A stretch of 64,000 nucleotides of DNA from Corallochytrium limacisporum Hawaii (lineage: Eukaryota > Protista > Pluriformea). This document shows positions 22,041-33,939 of this stretch, one piece after another. The stretch covers positions 196,366 through 260,365 of the forward strand of contig PDIP01000083.1 of assembly GCA_002811645.1 (NCBI GenBank), in the 5' to 3' direction. The notes below the pieces were generated by a model. The model was not told the origin of the DNA and made no database searches. It saw only the letters and a list, made by a program, of their open reading frames with translations. Positions within the stretch are counted from its first letter, which is position 1. Each line of letters starts with the position of its first letter. The position numbers and the translations under genes were made by a program.

Positions 22041-23273
22041 AAAGGGGGGGGGCGGGGATGCAGGTGATGGTTGTATGCACATTATTGGACGGATGGCACA
22101 CACAAAAGTGGGGAGTGCGCTGGGTGGACGTGTGTGGGGAAAGGGGGGGGGGGCGGGGTTTCGAGCTGTTTGGTGTCCCTCCCGCCCCAGTGGTGGATGG
22201 GGTTTACAAAAATGTCCAAAGCGGCGCCACACAGGGGCAACCAAACCCTCTTTGTCCCCGAGACAGATCGCTTATTATAGCGCAACTACCACTTATACAT
22301 GCTCTCCTGGTGCTGTGTCGTGCTCTCCGCTTGCCCTTTGGAGCAAAAGCGGGTGATCGATTCGACCACACGTACACGCACTATTTCCGGCCAGCACCGG
22401 CAGTCCATATCCGTCACCACAAACAAGACAATGGGGACAGCGTCCAATCATATTGGTAATACTTAATCACCTGCCAGCAGGCTCAAAATCAAACACAACC
22501 TGTCATATGCCCTCGGATAGATGGAGCGTTGATGAATCGATGGCATCTCCGCTTCAAAGGTTTTTTTTTCGAGTTCCCAAGTGGCAGCACCGGAAGATTA
22601 GGACAGAGGCGCGTAACCAAAAGGGAACGAAAATTGCAAAATCCTTGTTCGGGCGGGAGTGGCTTTCAGTACTAAATGTATGGATCCATTCCCGCGCCGC
22701 GGTTTCCACCGGCAGCTACTGGTTGCGCGCAGACCCTTTTTTGGTGTCAAAGGGGGGGCGGAAGCGGAAAGTTGGTCGCGGTCACATGCGCTCTCAGTGC
22801 CTTTTACCTTTGCGTTCGTCTCTCTGTTGTTGGGACTTGTGACGCACAATCACTTTGTGAGAGATTTAATTGTGAGCCAGCAAATCTTGTTGGCCGAGAC
22901 GTAAACGGCACGAAGACCCATGATGGGGACAAACGGGGCTGCCACTCCTTTACGTGGCCCACAAAGTGTGACATCGGAACCAAGATCGAACCTGAGAATG
23001 GTAGTTGAAACACAGATGTGTTATTGACCGATGCTGTTGAATAACTCAATGCACCCGATTGTGGTTCATTTAAAGAACCTGTAAATGAGGCGATAGAGAT
23101 CAGTAGATACATAGTGCAAATTATGGGACGCGCATGAATTGAGAGCATAGATACGAAAACGACTCCCAGCCACAAACGCTGCGCTCAACACAAGTCCCTA
23201 TTTCTCGAGCAAGCACACTTTGCTCTCGCCTGGATCTTTGACTTAGAAACCGTAGAGGATAATTATTGTTGTA

Positions 23274-25763
23274 ATGTCACCATCAATTATGTCGGAACAG
23301 CAGCCACAGCAGTCTCGCCCAAAGCAGGGACCGCAAAGGGTGTTCACTGAGGCTAACCTTGCACGTCTCGGCAGTAAGGAACATCGGAAGCAGTTGGTCG
23401 GCCTTGCCGCTCAGCACCGCTACGAAGAGAACAGTGAGAGCCGCCGCAAGGCCTCTGCGCACCTTCCTTATGTCCCGAGCTTCGGTGACCTCCAACTTGC
23501 AGATCGCGAGAAGGTCAATAGAGTACTGCTCGGTCATCTCGCAGAGTTCCGCTGGAAGGCTGTGAACGAACGCTCCCGGGTACAGAAGGAACTTGGAGAG
23601 CTGCGCAAATTGACAGACTCGGGCAAACCACGGGCCAAAGTTAGTACCGTCCGACCCCCTGGAGATCGCAAGATGCTGTTTGAACGGCCACAGTTGCAGA
23701 AAATGGTCCAAGATCAGGAGCATGAACTCTATAAGTGGTACGCCAGTGAAATGACAAGGCAAGCCAAGCTCAAATCCCTAAACTGCACAGAGTTTCCGCA
23801 CTATCTCTTCACCGAGCACAAGAAGTTCCATCCCCATGACTTGCGTTCGTGGATGGTCCGTACCTATGACAGTCTGCGGTATGTTCCGTTTTCTTGGGGC
23901 GAATTGTCGATCCGCCCGGTCGAGGACCTCAGCGGTACAGTCTTCACGGACGATGCCATCCGTCTGGGCCGCAAGTTCTGTATCGGCGCAATCATGCTGA
24001 GCAACATGTGGGAGTTCAATCCACGCCACTGCTGCCACATGCTCATCACACACCAACCCATGGAGGACGTCATGATCTTTCTGCGCACCAAGTGGCTGCT
24101 CCAGTACGAGGACAACCAAGAAGAGATGGAGCGGGTCATTGAGGACGAGAGTGGAGTCAGGCCCTCTCTCCGGCGCACTAGTCAAATGGGGGGCAGTCAT
24201 GCTGACAGCGACGATGTCACAGAACCTGTCAAATTCACGTTTGGCCGCACTGACACTCACACGGACTTGGAGATGATCCTGGACGAGAGTGAGGAGAACC
24301 AGAGCGATGACTATCTGCAGTACAACTGCAGCACAACCGCGAACGGCAACTCAAGCGTACAAAATAAGGGTGATGAGACCACAGAACATAATAATACTGA
24401 CGCAAAATCCGATATTGCTGCTGGAGGACGGCCCTCCAGTGGCACCAAGGTCTCCTTCATGGTGAGCGAGAACAGCGGCAAGGCGGGCTTCACCATGGGC
24501 GCAGAGGACGATGACCACGACATTACAGACGATGAAGGAGCCAATGATTCGGGTAATTCGGTGTCCGAGGCGGGTAGTTCCGCCCCGTTCTTCACCCGGA
24601 ACTCCACGACGGAAAGCATTGACCTCTCGTCGCGCCCGCAGTCCATGCGCTCATCCAAGCTCAGCCGCGCAAGCGAGGCACCACTGCTTGAGGAAGTTGC
24701 CGACATGTCCCTAGGCTCCGTGCCTGGCTCCCCAGCAATCTTTGACGAGGGTGAGGACGACGGTTACATTGACCCCGAATTTAGAGCCCATGCACCGAAG
24801 TCTGCGCTAAATTCGTCCGAAAATTCCGGCCAGCACCGTCGCAGCTCCCTCATGAAGGGCCTGAAGAGCCGCCTATCCTCTTCTCTGAAGGTTAGTCGCA
24901 TCGTTGAGAAGACATCCCGTCATGCACCGCAGTCCGCGCATCATGGACCATCCCATGCTACGGAGGTATCGTCAACAACCACTACGGCGTCACCCGAAAC
25001 CAGTGAGGAGACCGCGGAGCCCATCACCATGGAGGATCTTATGCCTCTGCCCCTTCGTGAGACAGAGCTTGCCTTCCTCAACGATATCGCTTCGTCAAGT
25101 TCGTACAAGACCCTGGAAAACGCAGTGAGTCAGCTCATGACCGAGAAGGATCCTCCCTTCTTTGTCATTGCCAGCGCCAATAGTGACTCCTGTGTGGTGG
25201 TCAATTGCCGCAACTACGAGCTCACCACTTTCCACCGCTGCCTGCCCGGGTTCATGGGCCAGGACTTCTTCTACCTGCCTGAACGATATCATGTGAAGAC
25301 CACAGCTCGGCCGAGGGTCTATTGCCAACGCAACCAGTGCCCGCGCTACGAGGGCAGTCCGCAGTCGGCGGTGCTCATGGACAACTTCCGTGAACATCAG
25401 GACCGGTTCCTGGAACGCATCAGCCGCAAAGCACGGGAATTAAGCTGGGAGAACCCGAAGTACACATCCCTCCTAAACGCAGAGATTGCCAAGATTGAGG
25501 AGGAGCATGCAGACGAGCCAGAAGACAGCAGGGCCAAGATGATTGCTAGTATCCGTGGCAAATTCAACAAGGAAATGGACATCAAGGAGCGCAAGATGGT
25601 GCAGTCTCTGTTGCTGCAGCGGCGTGCGGATCTGAATCACACCTGCGCACGATGCGGTGTGGTTTTCTACTGCTCAACTGAGTGCGGTAAGAGCGACTAC
25701 AAACACCACGGACCTGTCTGCCTGCGGAAGCATACGGTCTCGGAGGACTTGGGGTCCGACTGA
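23274..25763 (+). CDS. Uncharacterised protein with C-terminal MYND-type zinc finger
   Basis: 829-aa ORF; CARCGVVFYCSTECGKSDYKHHGPVC is the C-terminal part of a MYND finger; long Ser/Asp-rich disordered middle. Confidence 0.85.
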   Translation: MSPSIMSEQQPQQSRPKQGPQRVFTEANLARLGSKEHRKQLVGLAAQHRYEENSESRRKASAHLPYVPSFGDLQLADREKVNRVLLGHLAEFRWKAVNERSRVQKELGELRKLTDSGKPRAKVSTVRPPGDRKMLFERPQLQKMVQDQEHELYKWYASEMTRQAKLKSLNCTEFPHYLFTEHKKFHPHDLRSWMVRTYDSLRYVPFSWGELSIRPVEDLSGTVFTDDAIRLGRKFCIGAIMLSNMWEFNPRHCCHMLITHQPMEDVMIFLRTKWLLQYEDNQEEMERVIEDESGVRPSLRRTSQMGGSHADSDDVTEPVKFTFGRTDTHTDLEMILDESEENQSDDYLQYNCSTTANGNSSVQNKGDETTEHNNTDAKSDIAAGGRPSSGTKVSFMVSENSGKAGFTMGAEDDDHDITDDEGANDSGNSVSEAGSSAPFFTRNSTTESIDLSSRPQSMRSSKLSRASEAPLLEEVADMSLGSVPGSPAIFDEGEDDGYIDPEFRAHAPKSALNSSENSGQHRRSSLMKGLKSRLSSSLKVSRIVEKTSRHAPQSAHHGPSHATEVSSTTTTASPETSEETAEPITMEDLMPLPLRETELAFLNDIASSSSYKTLENAVSQLMTEKDPPFFVIASANSDSCVVVNCRNYELTTFHRCLPGFMGQDFFYLPERYHVKTTARPRVYCQRNQCPRYEGSPQSAVLMDNFREHQDRFLERISRKARELSWENPKYTSLLNAEIAKIEEEHADEPEDSRAKMIASIRGKFNKEMDIKERKMVQSLLLQRRADLNHTCARCGVVFYCSTECGKSDYKHHGPVCLRKHTVSEDLGSD

Positions 25764-27292
25764 ACAGAGCGTGACAATAGAAGCAAGTGGCCAACAAACA
25801 TAGCCATGTCACTAGGTCCATAAAGAGTGTGCTTACAATTTGTTTGTTGAGTAACTAACATAAACAAATATTAAATATATAAGTGAAAGGACAAAAATGG
25901 GATTGAAGAATTGTGATCAGGTTGGCAACGTGTGATGATTTGATCAGAAACTCGGCATGCCTCCCCCTTCACGATCTAGGCTGCCGCGTTGTTCTACACA
26001 CCCCGGCAAACAAAGTGACCGTGCAATCACCGGTCATCCAATAGTTCATTTTGGGTTTGTAGGAACATCCACATTCCTGGGATCTCGTTCGGAACGGTGT
26101 CTATTACGGAGCACTGGTATTGATGACCGGCGGGAGTGGTCTGCTCCGGGGGGGAAGCGGGTGGCGTGCACCAGCCACGTCCTCTTGGCGGTCCGCCCGC
26201 TTCTCTCCCTGGGTCTATAGTGAAAGGATCATAAACCGCCACCGGGCTTCAGAAACGGAATTTTTTCACCCAGGCATCAGCGTGATTAGTGGGCAGTCGT
26301 GGTACTCTCACTACCGAAAATGGAGATGGGGGGTCCCCCCGCCCCGCGGGGTCTCTTGGCAATCGCCAAACAAAAGAACGACCTAGTACTTAATATATGT
26401 AATCCCGCAAAGGGTTTGGGACTGCGCACTCTGCAGTCGGAGATGTAGATCCCAACAGACGTCCGTCGAATGCTTCTCTGGATCACTTTCAGTACTGAAT
26501 GAGTGGGAAAAAATTTGTGCTGAGGGCACATGAAAAATTTTGGGAACAAATCGGTTCCCACACAGAGCGACCGACGTGCGGGAGGAGGCATCCACTAGTG
26601 CTCATCCCCTTTCACCAACCGTGCACAACCCCTGCACAATTCTAGATCATGCTGGCTGGCCTTCCCGTACAGCCTATCCTCCACCTTTGTCACAATCTTA
26701 GGCAGAGTTGTACTAACGGTACAATTCTTGCATGTACGACCCGTTGTGCAGAGATCTCTGTGCGTCCATTCCATACGCACTGATCGGAAAGCACATCTGT
26801 GTGAAGTAGAGTGTCAGAATGAAGTCAATAGGTCCCTAGAAGTAGATCTGTCTGATGCCAGATACGGAGCATGTATTACCGTTCATCGGAACAGGAAGCT
26901 GTACTCTACAGTGCTACGATCTGCAGGGAGATCACCGAGCAAAAGTCACACGTCAGATCAGGAGTCGAGTTCAGCTCCCGCTTCGAAACGAGGACGCAAT
27001 AGATTGGGGGTTTCGACCATCGGTGCGGGGGAGGAGGGATGGGGGAGGGTAGGGCAGGACTGACAAAGCTTAGAGGGAACCAGAACACGGTGCCAGAACC
27101 GGCACTGATCTTTCGGATTTACTTGTTAGGATGTCAGATAGTGCAGAAGAGTCACTTCACGGAATGTGGGAAGCCAGGTCACCAGCGGGCGAGCTACGAG
27201 GACGATCAGACAAAGGTACTTCAGACCTCGCAGTCGAACAGTTAGCAGAGGAAAGGGGAGTGATCAGTGACCCATACAAAGTATAACATCAT

Positions 27293-28738
27293 ATGGAGCA
27301 TACTCAATTGACTGGACTTTCTGAGGCTGAAATCCTCAGCCTACAGCGTGCGCTCGCCATGGACGAAAGTGGTCTCGCTGACCTCATGCAGCAGCTTGAA
27401 GAGGCAGGCCACGATCGTGCCGTACATGCCGCCCACGAGATCCTGGCTGGTGTCAATGATGAAGGTCATTTAGTCACCGTGATTACTGATGGTGACCATA
27501 ATGACAACACCAATGAGTCCAATACTGATCTGTGCATGGTGTGCTTTGAGCAACCATCCTCAGAGGAAGATACGGTACGTGCCTGCCCTGAAGCAACTCA
27601 TCATATCTTTTGCAATAGGTGCTTCCTGTCATATATAGACATGTGCATTGGCGCCCGGCAGACGGTGCTCGAATGCCAACATATGGATGGCTGCTATGCC
27701 CACATAAATTTGGATGTCCTGGCGGAAAATGCCTCCGAACAAGTACTCAAGCGATGGGAACGAATGCTAGCAGTCAAGGACAACCCAGAGCTTCGTGAAT
27801 GCCCGCAGTGCGATTCTCTGTACCCAACTGGATCTCCCAAGAATCCAGACATTTACTGTGACAAATGCAAGGTGACCTTCTGCTATTGGCACTCTGCTAT
27901 TCATCTGAACCAGCCATGCCAGGGAAAGGAGGCCCACGAGGAGAATACCTTGACCTCCTGGCTGTCTACTTTTCGCAAGCGCCTGACCACAACAGAGTGC
28001 CCCAACTGCAAGCGGGCTGTGAATCGGAGTGGTGGGTGCCCGCACATGACCTGTGTCTGCGGAAAGAGTTTCTGCTACCGCTGTGGAGCTCCCTGGAAGG
28101 ACCATATCCCTTCCTACGTTTCCCTTAACTTTAAGCGTTCGTGCAATAACAAGCGGGCATGGGTCGTGCGATCGATGGTGTACACACCCATCATTCCGTT
28201 GATGGTCGCCGGTGTTGCGGTAGGTGGCGCGATCTGGAGCACAGCAAAAGTTGCACGGGGCTTAAAATTTGGTGTGACAGTAGGGGCCCGTGGCTGCAAG
28301 CGCTCTGTGCAAAAGCGGTGGAAGAAACGGACAGTGCCACAGACGACGGAGTCCATCAGTCGCCCAGCTATGCCGCAGAGCATCCTGGTCGTTGAGGAAC
28401 TAAACGATGTCTACCCTTCCATTAATGAAGACACAATCAGTGTTACTTCTTCCGATTCTCAACTTGAGGCTGCAATTGAATCAGGCCACGATTACGGTGA
28501 TACAGGCGACAACAGGTTGGCAGCATCAGGCGTGGAGATGAAGGCATATCCTAGTGGAAGCAACAGAGAGCATATGTTAACCGACATCAGAAATTTCAAC
28601 AAGAGCACCCTTCGCACCCAATACCGGCCGACCCTGCGACGGCGGGCGATTCGCAGGAAGAAATCTGTGAGTTTCAAGCACCATATCCACCAAGTTCACA
28701 GCATACCCCCCGCGCCAAGGTCAGTGGCATCCATTTGA
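27293..28738 (+). CDS. RBR (RING1-IBR-RING2) E3 ubiquitin ligase with hydrophobic segment, RNF144/RNF19-like
   Basis: CMVC...CPEATHHIFCNRC...C (RING1); CPQC...CDKCKVTFCYWH...H...C (IBR); CPNCKRAVNRSGGCPHMTCVCGKSFCYRC (RING2 with catalytic Cys); TM-like IIPLMVAGVAVGGAIW. Confidence 0.93.
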   Translation: MEHTQLTGLSEAEILSLQRALAMDESGLADLMQQLEEAGHDRAVHAAHEILAGVNDEGHLVTVITDGDHNDNTNESNTDLCMVCFEQPSSEEDTVRACPEATHHIFCNRCFLSYIDMCIGARQTVLECQHMDGCYAHINLDVLAENASEQVLKRWERMLAVKDNPELRECPQCDSLYPTGSPKNPDIYCDKCKVTFCYWHSAIHLNQPCQGKEAHEENTLTSWLSTFRKRLTTTECPNCKRAVNRSGGCPHMTCVCGKSFCYRCGAPWKDHIPSYVSLNFKRSCNNKRAWVVRSMVYTPIIPLMVAGVAVGGAIWSTAKVARGLKFGVTVGARGCKRSVQKRWKKRTVPQTTESISRPAMPQSILVVEELNDVYPSINEDTISVTSSDSQLEAAIESGHDYGDTGDNRLAASGVEMKAYPSGSNREHMLTDIRNFNKSTLRTQYRPTLRRRAIRRKKSVSFKHHIHQVHSIPPAPRSVASI

Positions 28739-31354
28739 GCTCAATAGAGTAAAACTTGTTCCTCCATATGGTAGTTGTTGGGTACGTTAATAATGAACGT
28801 ACTGCCCCGGGCCTGCCAGAATGGACCTGTGGAAAAAGGCCCCCCCCCCCAACCGGTTTGTTTTGGGGTGGATGGGGAGGGGGAGGGCCCCGGGAGACGA
28901 CTGGAGACTTTTGCCGGACGCTGGAGTAGCCAGCCGGCTGCTGGTACCATTTCCCTCAGCCTCGCCAGCACCAGCAGCGTCTACTGATGGGAGATGGCCC
29001 CGCCCCGTAAAGGACGACAAAGTGACACACGGACCCATCCCATCACATCACTCATCAGCCCCTCACACGTAAGTACCCAACGGCACATTGACGTATTCGA
29101 AGCATTCATAGTAGTTACGCAAGATCCATTCTCTGTGCGCTTCGTGTGATGCGAGTCCCCCATTCTCTCAGCGGACGCGGCACTGGTCGACATCAACACA
29201 TGTGAGGGGCATCGAAAGGACAGAAAGTTCATGGATGCGAGTGCATGCGAGTCTCTTTTGAAGTGTGGTGAACGAGTCAGAGTGGGTTGGGGAAACCGCG
29301 GAAGGAGGATTCTTGAGAGACCCCAGTCAAGCCCCTTATCCTCTGGTATGAGATTGTGTACTGCTTGATGCACGGACCCATTAGTCAACTAAAATCCACT
29401 CAGTTGCTTGAACGTCCCCAAAATTCTCCCATTTCGTTAATATACACTGGATTAAAACAAGAGTATGCTTCCAAACTCTTCCACCCCGTTAAAGGCCGTT
29501 CTCCTGGGTGTGTATTCTCTCCTTCCGCAGCCCGGAATGAACCCGCGGCAGAAATGTGATTTGTGCGACATTGGGCAGCACACCCTGCGCTGGTCTGAAT
29601 GTTCTTTTTCGTTTGATTCTCCTTCTGTTGGCATCCAGCTTGGCGCCCGGAATGCACAAAGGCTGCATTCAAGAGTGACGAAAATAAGGGAGTGCTCAGA
29701 CATGGATTCGAAAAGTTCGCAGCGGACCAATTTATGAGTGCGAAAAGCAGGATGATTTGCCGGGTCAGGAGTGCGGACACATAACACACGTAATCCGAGC
29801 ACTGCGCTGACACTTAAACGCATATAGGGACTACAGACCATCAATTATGCATCCACTTAAACACATGGTCAGCGCATGACACAAATCGAATACACCGCAC
29901 AGAAATGAGTGCGTGAAGGACTTCCTAGAACATGTATGAGTTAGTGTTCACAAATTCAGTTCCCCGTTCGTGACCCAAGGATCGGTACATGGTAGCACAG
30001 GCACCACAACGATGCCGTCCAGATGGTGATAACAGAGAGCTGAGGAGAACTCAAGTATTCAATGTATCAATTAGCAACAAAAATCCCGTCGCCATCTTTC
30101 GTCATATACATCGCCCCCTCCCCAAAAATACCAGTGTTCCAAGCATGGAGGTTCCATGTCCACAACCCCCAAGTGACTCATTCCTTGGGGTCAAACCCCG
30201 GGTATCCAGGGACCTATGATGATGTGATGTCTGGTGATGATACTAGGGAATGATCACTTGAAAACTGAAGGAAATCACATACCCTACTACCAGTAAGTGG
30301 ACTTCACTGGTCACTCCTGGCCGACCAAACGATGCATCCACCAAAACTGTGTGCAACCCGCTGCCGTCCGAACACAATCCCCGCTTATCATTGGCGGGTT
30401 GGCATCTCGAGACTTTGCCACGTACCCCACCCTATAGCCTGGGCCCGTGAGCAATAGGAAGGGTGTAAGACTCCCGCACGGAGAAAGTACCAAGAAGAAG
30501 CAGATGATGATATCTCCCCTTCCGTAGTTATCTCTTGTACCCAGTGGCGCATCCACTCCTCCTTGTGATCAGGAAGTTCTGGAAAGGGGGTTCGAACCCA
30601 AAAGGTCTTGCCAGCTATCTAAAAAAGGTTCGCGACGTAGGTAGGCTGCAATAGACTTGAGCACTTCACCTGCGAGCAGACCGTCAGAGGCACACCACAC
30701 AACTGTAGATCAGTCATGGAATGTGGGGGCTAGGGTGCACTGAGCGGTGCATCCCATTGCACACATTCAAACAAAGCACGATGGACTAAATGTCCTATTC
30801 GCGACAATCTATACGAACCACACATGCACACTCACACACATACCCGGTACGTGCCGAGCAGTGCATCAGCAGAGAGAGAGCGTGGTTCAGCAAGCAAGGA
30901 AAGGGCAGAAACGCTCTGACAGAAGTTTTGGGCACGAGTCCCTTTCGTGGACATGGCTGGCTGTTCTTCCTCCTTCCTCTCAATTTGCATGGCATTGCGG
31001 CGCGCTTGCTTTACGTTCCTCCACCTTCCCGGTCCACGGCTCCCCTCCCCACAAAGGAGCGTGGGCTCGGGGTAATCCGGTGCTGCTTTCGCTCACTCTC
31101 CGTTGAAATGAATGCGATTTCGGAACTTAACTTGTGTAGTACTGACCCGCCCGCCCCAGCGCAGATTATATTAACCAACTTTCCTGACTCACCTGTTCAC
31201 CAAACGGGCTTCCCTCATTTCCACAACAAAGAAATCGGAGCAACAAAAACAAATAAAGACATAATCATAGGATTCTCCTTGCGCCAGATACGTTTTCGAA
31301 AGTGAAACCGGGCAACGGTTCACGCACAAGGATACGGCACAGCGGATTCGCAAG

Positions 31355-31418
31355 GTAAGGACGAAAATGTGTCCATTTGAATAGTGCCTAACTCCGTTGG
31401 GTACTCAACTGCCTACAG
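31355..31418 (+). other. Putative spliceosomal intron in the intergenic desert
   Basis: AAG|GTAAGG donor, CTAAC branch at 31388-31392, TACAG acceptor; 64 nt. Confidence 0.5.
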
Positions 31419-33923
31419 ATTTTTAAAAAAGTGGATGGATCGCGTGAGGTTTGTAAAAAAAAAAACAACTCCGCCCGCCTTCTAAAGTGTACGACAACCG
31501 CAAAAGTAATTGCTCCATACGATTGCCCAAACCCTCTGGAGTCATCTTCGTGGAATGGTTATGTGGAAACAGTCAATAAAAATAGTAAACTTTTGGGTGG
31601 CACACAACTTTTCAGAGGATCTGACGACATATTTAAGTCCATGTCCGAGCTGCGATATCAAGGTAGTCAATGTATGAATCTGGAAACTGAGAGGAAATGT
31701 GAAAGCACGTCACTCACTGGCTAGTTGCACGTAAAGAATGGCTATCAATTTGCGAGGTATCTATTTGTCCGCGTTCAAGAGCATACTGAATAAGGAAAGT
31801 GCAGCGAAAATTTGAAATCAACCAAGGGCTTGCAACATAAGAACGAACAAGACGATCGTGCAAATTGTGTTGGGTGGACTATGGGTGACTCTGTACGGCT
31901 GCCGGGCGGCCATATGTGGGCGCCGACAGGTAGCGACCTTTGGGGGATGCATCCCAAAACGCAGATCCAGACAACATTGTCGTGCGGAAGGTTTTTGTAC
32001 ATCCGAAGGGGCTGCCCTCCACCCGGAAGACAATCTAAAGAATGCAAATGTACGCAAACAGAAACTCTTCTAATGGCATACAGGTGCAGTGAACTATTCG
32101 CCTGCCATCTGTTCCATGGCCGCCTGTTGATCATGCCCATGGAGTATAGGCGTGTGTGACAAGGATGCAACAAAAGAAGTAATAGACAGAGGTCTGCGTC
32201 CTAATATCTTGGATACACGCCACACAAAGAGGAGATCTTCCTTAGGACAGACTGAAGAATGGGTTGGTGGGTTAGTACTGTACGGGTTTGGTGGGTTTGT
32301 GCTGTTTTTGCTTTGAGCTGTTCCGAGCTCGGTACACACCCGAAAAAAGTAGGGCACCCCAAGGAATTAGGTATCCGCCCCCGAACGGGTTAGAGCGCCA
32401 CATGAATCAAATTGTGTAGGCATCATGGCAGAGTGGGCAATGTCTAGATGGGGGAGGTCAGGGAACACATGCGCAACTGGCTGCAAACACGGGCTGCACC
32501 TGCTGGCTGCATTTCTGCCCGCTGCACATGTGAGTAGAAACTGGGACATGGGGAGGGTTAGTGGGCTGTCCTATACCCAATTCCTCAATTTCACCCCCCT
32601 GTTCCAGTCGTCTTCGGACTTGAATAAACTGCAAACTTGGGTTCTCCAATACCGGAGTCTCCCTTCTTATAGAAGACTGAGAGGGGCCCCATTCCTGGTC
32701 TCCTAAACTTCGACAGATCTGCCCGGCCAGTTTGGAATTTTACTTGCAAAATCTGAGAGAAAAATCAGCAGCTTTAATACTGAATATGTATATAGAGGTT
32801 ATATTTCCTAATATATTCATTATGAAAATGGACCGCCTTGCCAAACCAAGTAAGCAAGCGGCCATGGTGTTAGTTGCAAACGCCAGAGCAGGCAAGAAGA
32901 CGAGAACGAGGAAGGAACGACGAAAAACGAGGACAAATAGGAGAGGGGAGGAGGGAGTAATATGAGAAATAGGTATCTCGATTCTCACACTGCTGCAGGA
33001 AAACGTAGCTACTCGAAAAAGGTACGCCTATCAACTACTACGGTATAGCTGTTAAGCTAGAAGATCTCCCCAACGTACACAGCTATGCATCACGGTTGCG
33101 GAACAAGATAGAAGCCGTGTGCCAGCACATTTCTACTGAATCGGCATGGTTCACGGTACTCGTGTACCGAAGTTTTTTTTTCTATTTGTTCTGTCCATCT
33201 GGCGAACGTCACAGGCTTTTCTCGCTCTGTAGTATAGGCTAAAACAGTATACCATAGTACCACTCACTGTTGTTGTCAGAAAGTGAAGATTGGGCAAAAA
33301 AAATTTTTCTTCGTAGGGGGGGTCCTTACACTTCGCTTACTACCTACCTCCTAATTTTATTGCTTGTTCATTGGCTCTCTCTCCCTGGGCCGGGCCCTAA
33401 AAATAAAACCACATACGAATATATACAGCATCAATGTTGCAATTCGAGCAAGTAATGCATTTCGAGCCATTCTATTTGTCGTACACTGCCTCCATTTTAA
33501 AATTCGTCATGTCATAAAATCCAAAATGAAACTACATATTTCCTACGCCGCCGGACTGTCACCCGGCGGAAACATGGGGGTTGGGAGGGGGGTTCAACGG
33601 TTTGAGTCTTCGTGGTGGCATGTCCGTTCGAACGTCTTATCTATTCCTTTGATCCCCGGAAAGTACATTTACTATCAGAGTGCTCAATCTCCTTCGCACC
33701 AGGACCACAGGTAGATTCAACCACAGGCACCGCTTTCGTTTCTCCACAGCCTCCCATTCACGAGGCCCTCAGAGCACCGCCACACCCACATCCAACTTAA
33801 ACCAGGCTTCATCAGCCGACACCCGGTATCAAAACAAGGGGGTGCGCATCGCCCCTCCCTCCCGGCAGGGGAGTTAGGCTCGCTCACACTGGCTAAAAAA
33901 AACACACACTCAAAAAGTCAGAA

Positions 33924-33939
33924 AGAGAGAGAGAGAGAG
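33924..33939. repeat. (AG)n microsatellite
   Basis: 8 AG units. Confidence 0.85.

Noticed and set aside
21209-22459. ORFs spanning the N gaps (e.g. 416 aa)
   Set aside because: Artefacts of Ns and microsatellites.
30213-30271. Box C (ATGATGA) ... box D (CTGA) with a 3-bp terminal stem
   Set aside because: Only about 53 nt, lies in a TGA-rich low-complexity patch, and no rRNA-complementary guide was recognised.
30585-30605. B-box-like GGTTCGAACCC suggesting a tRNA (similar cases near 36825 and 63960)
   Set aside because: T-stem does not pair and no acceptor, D or anticodon arms can be built.
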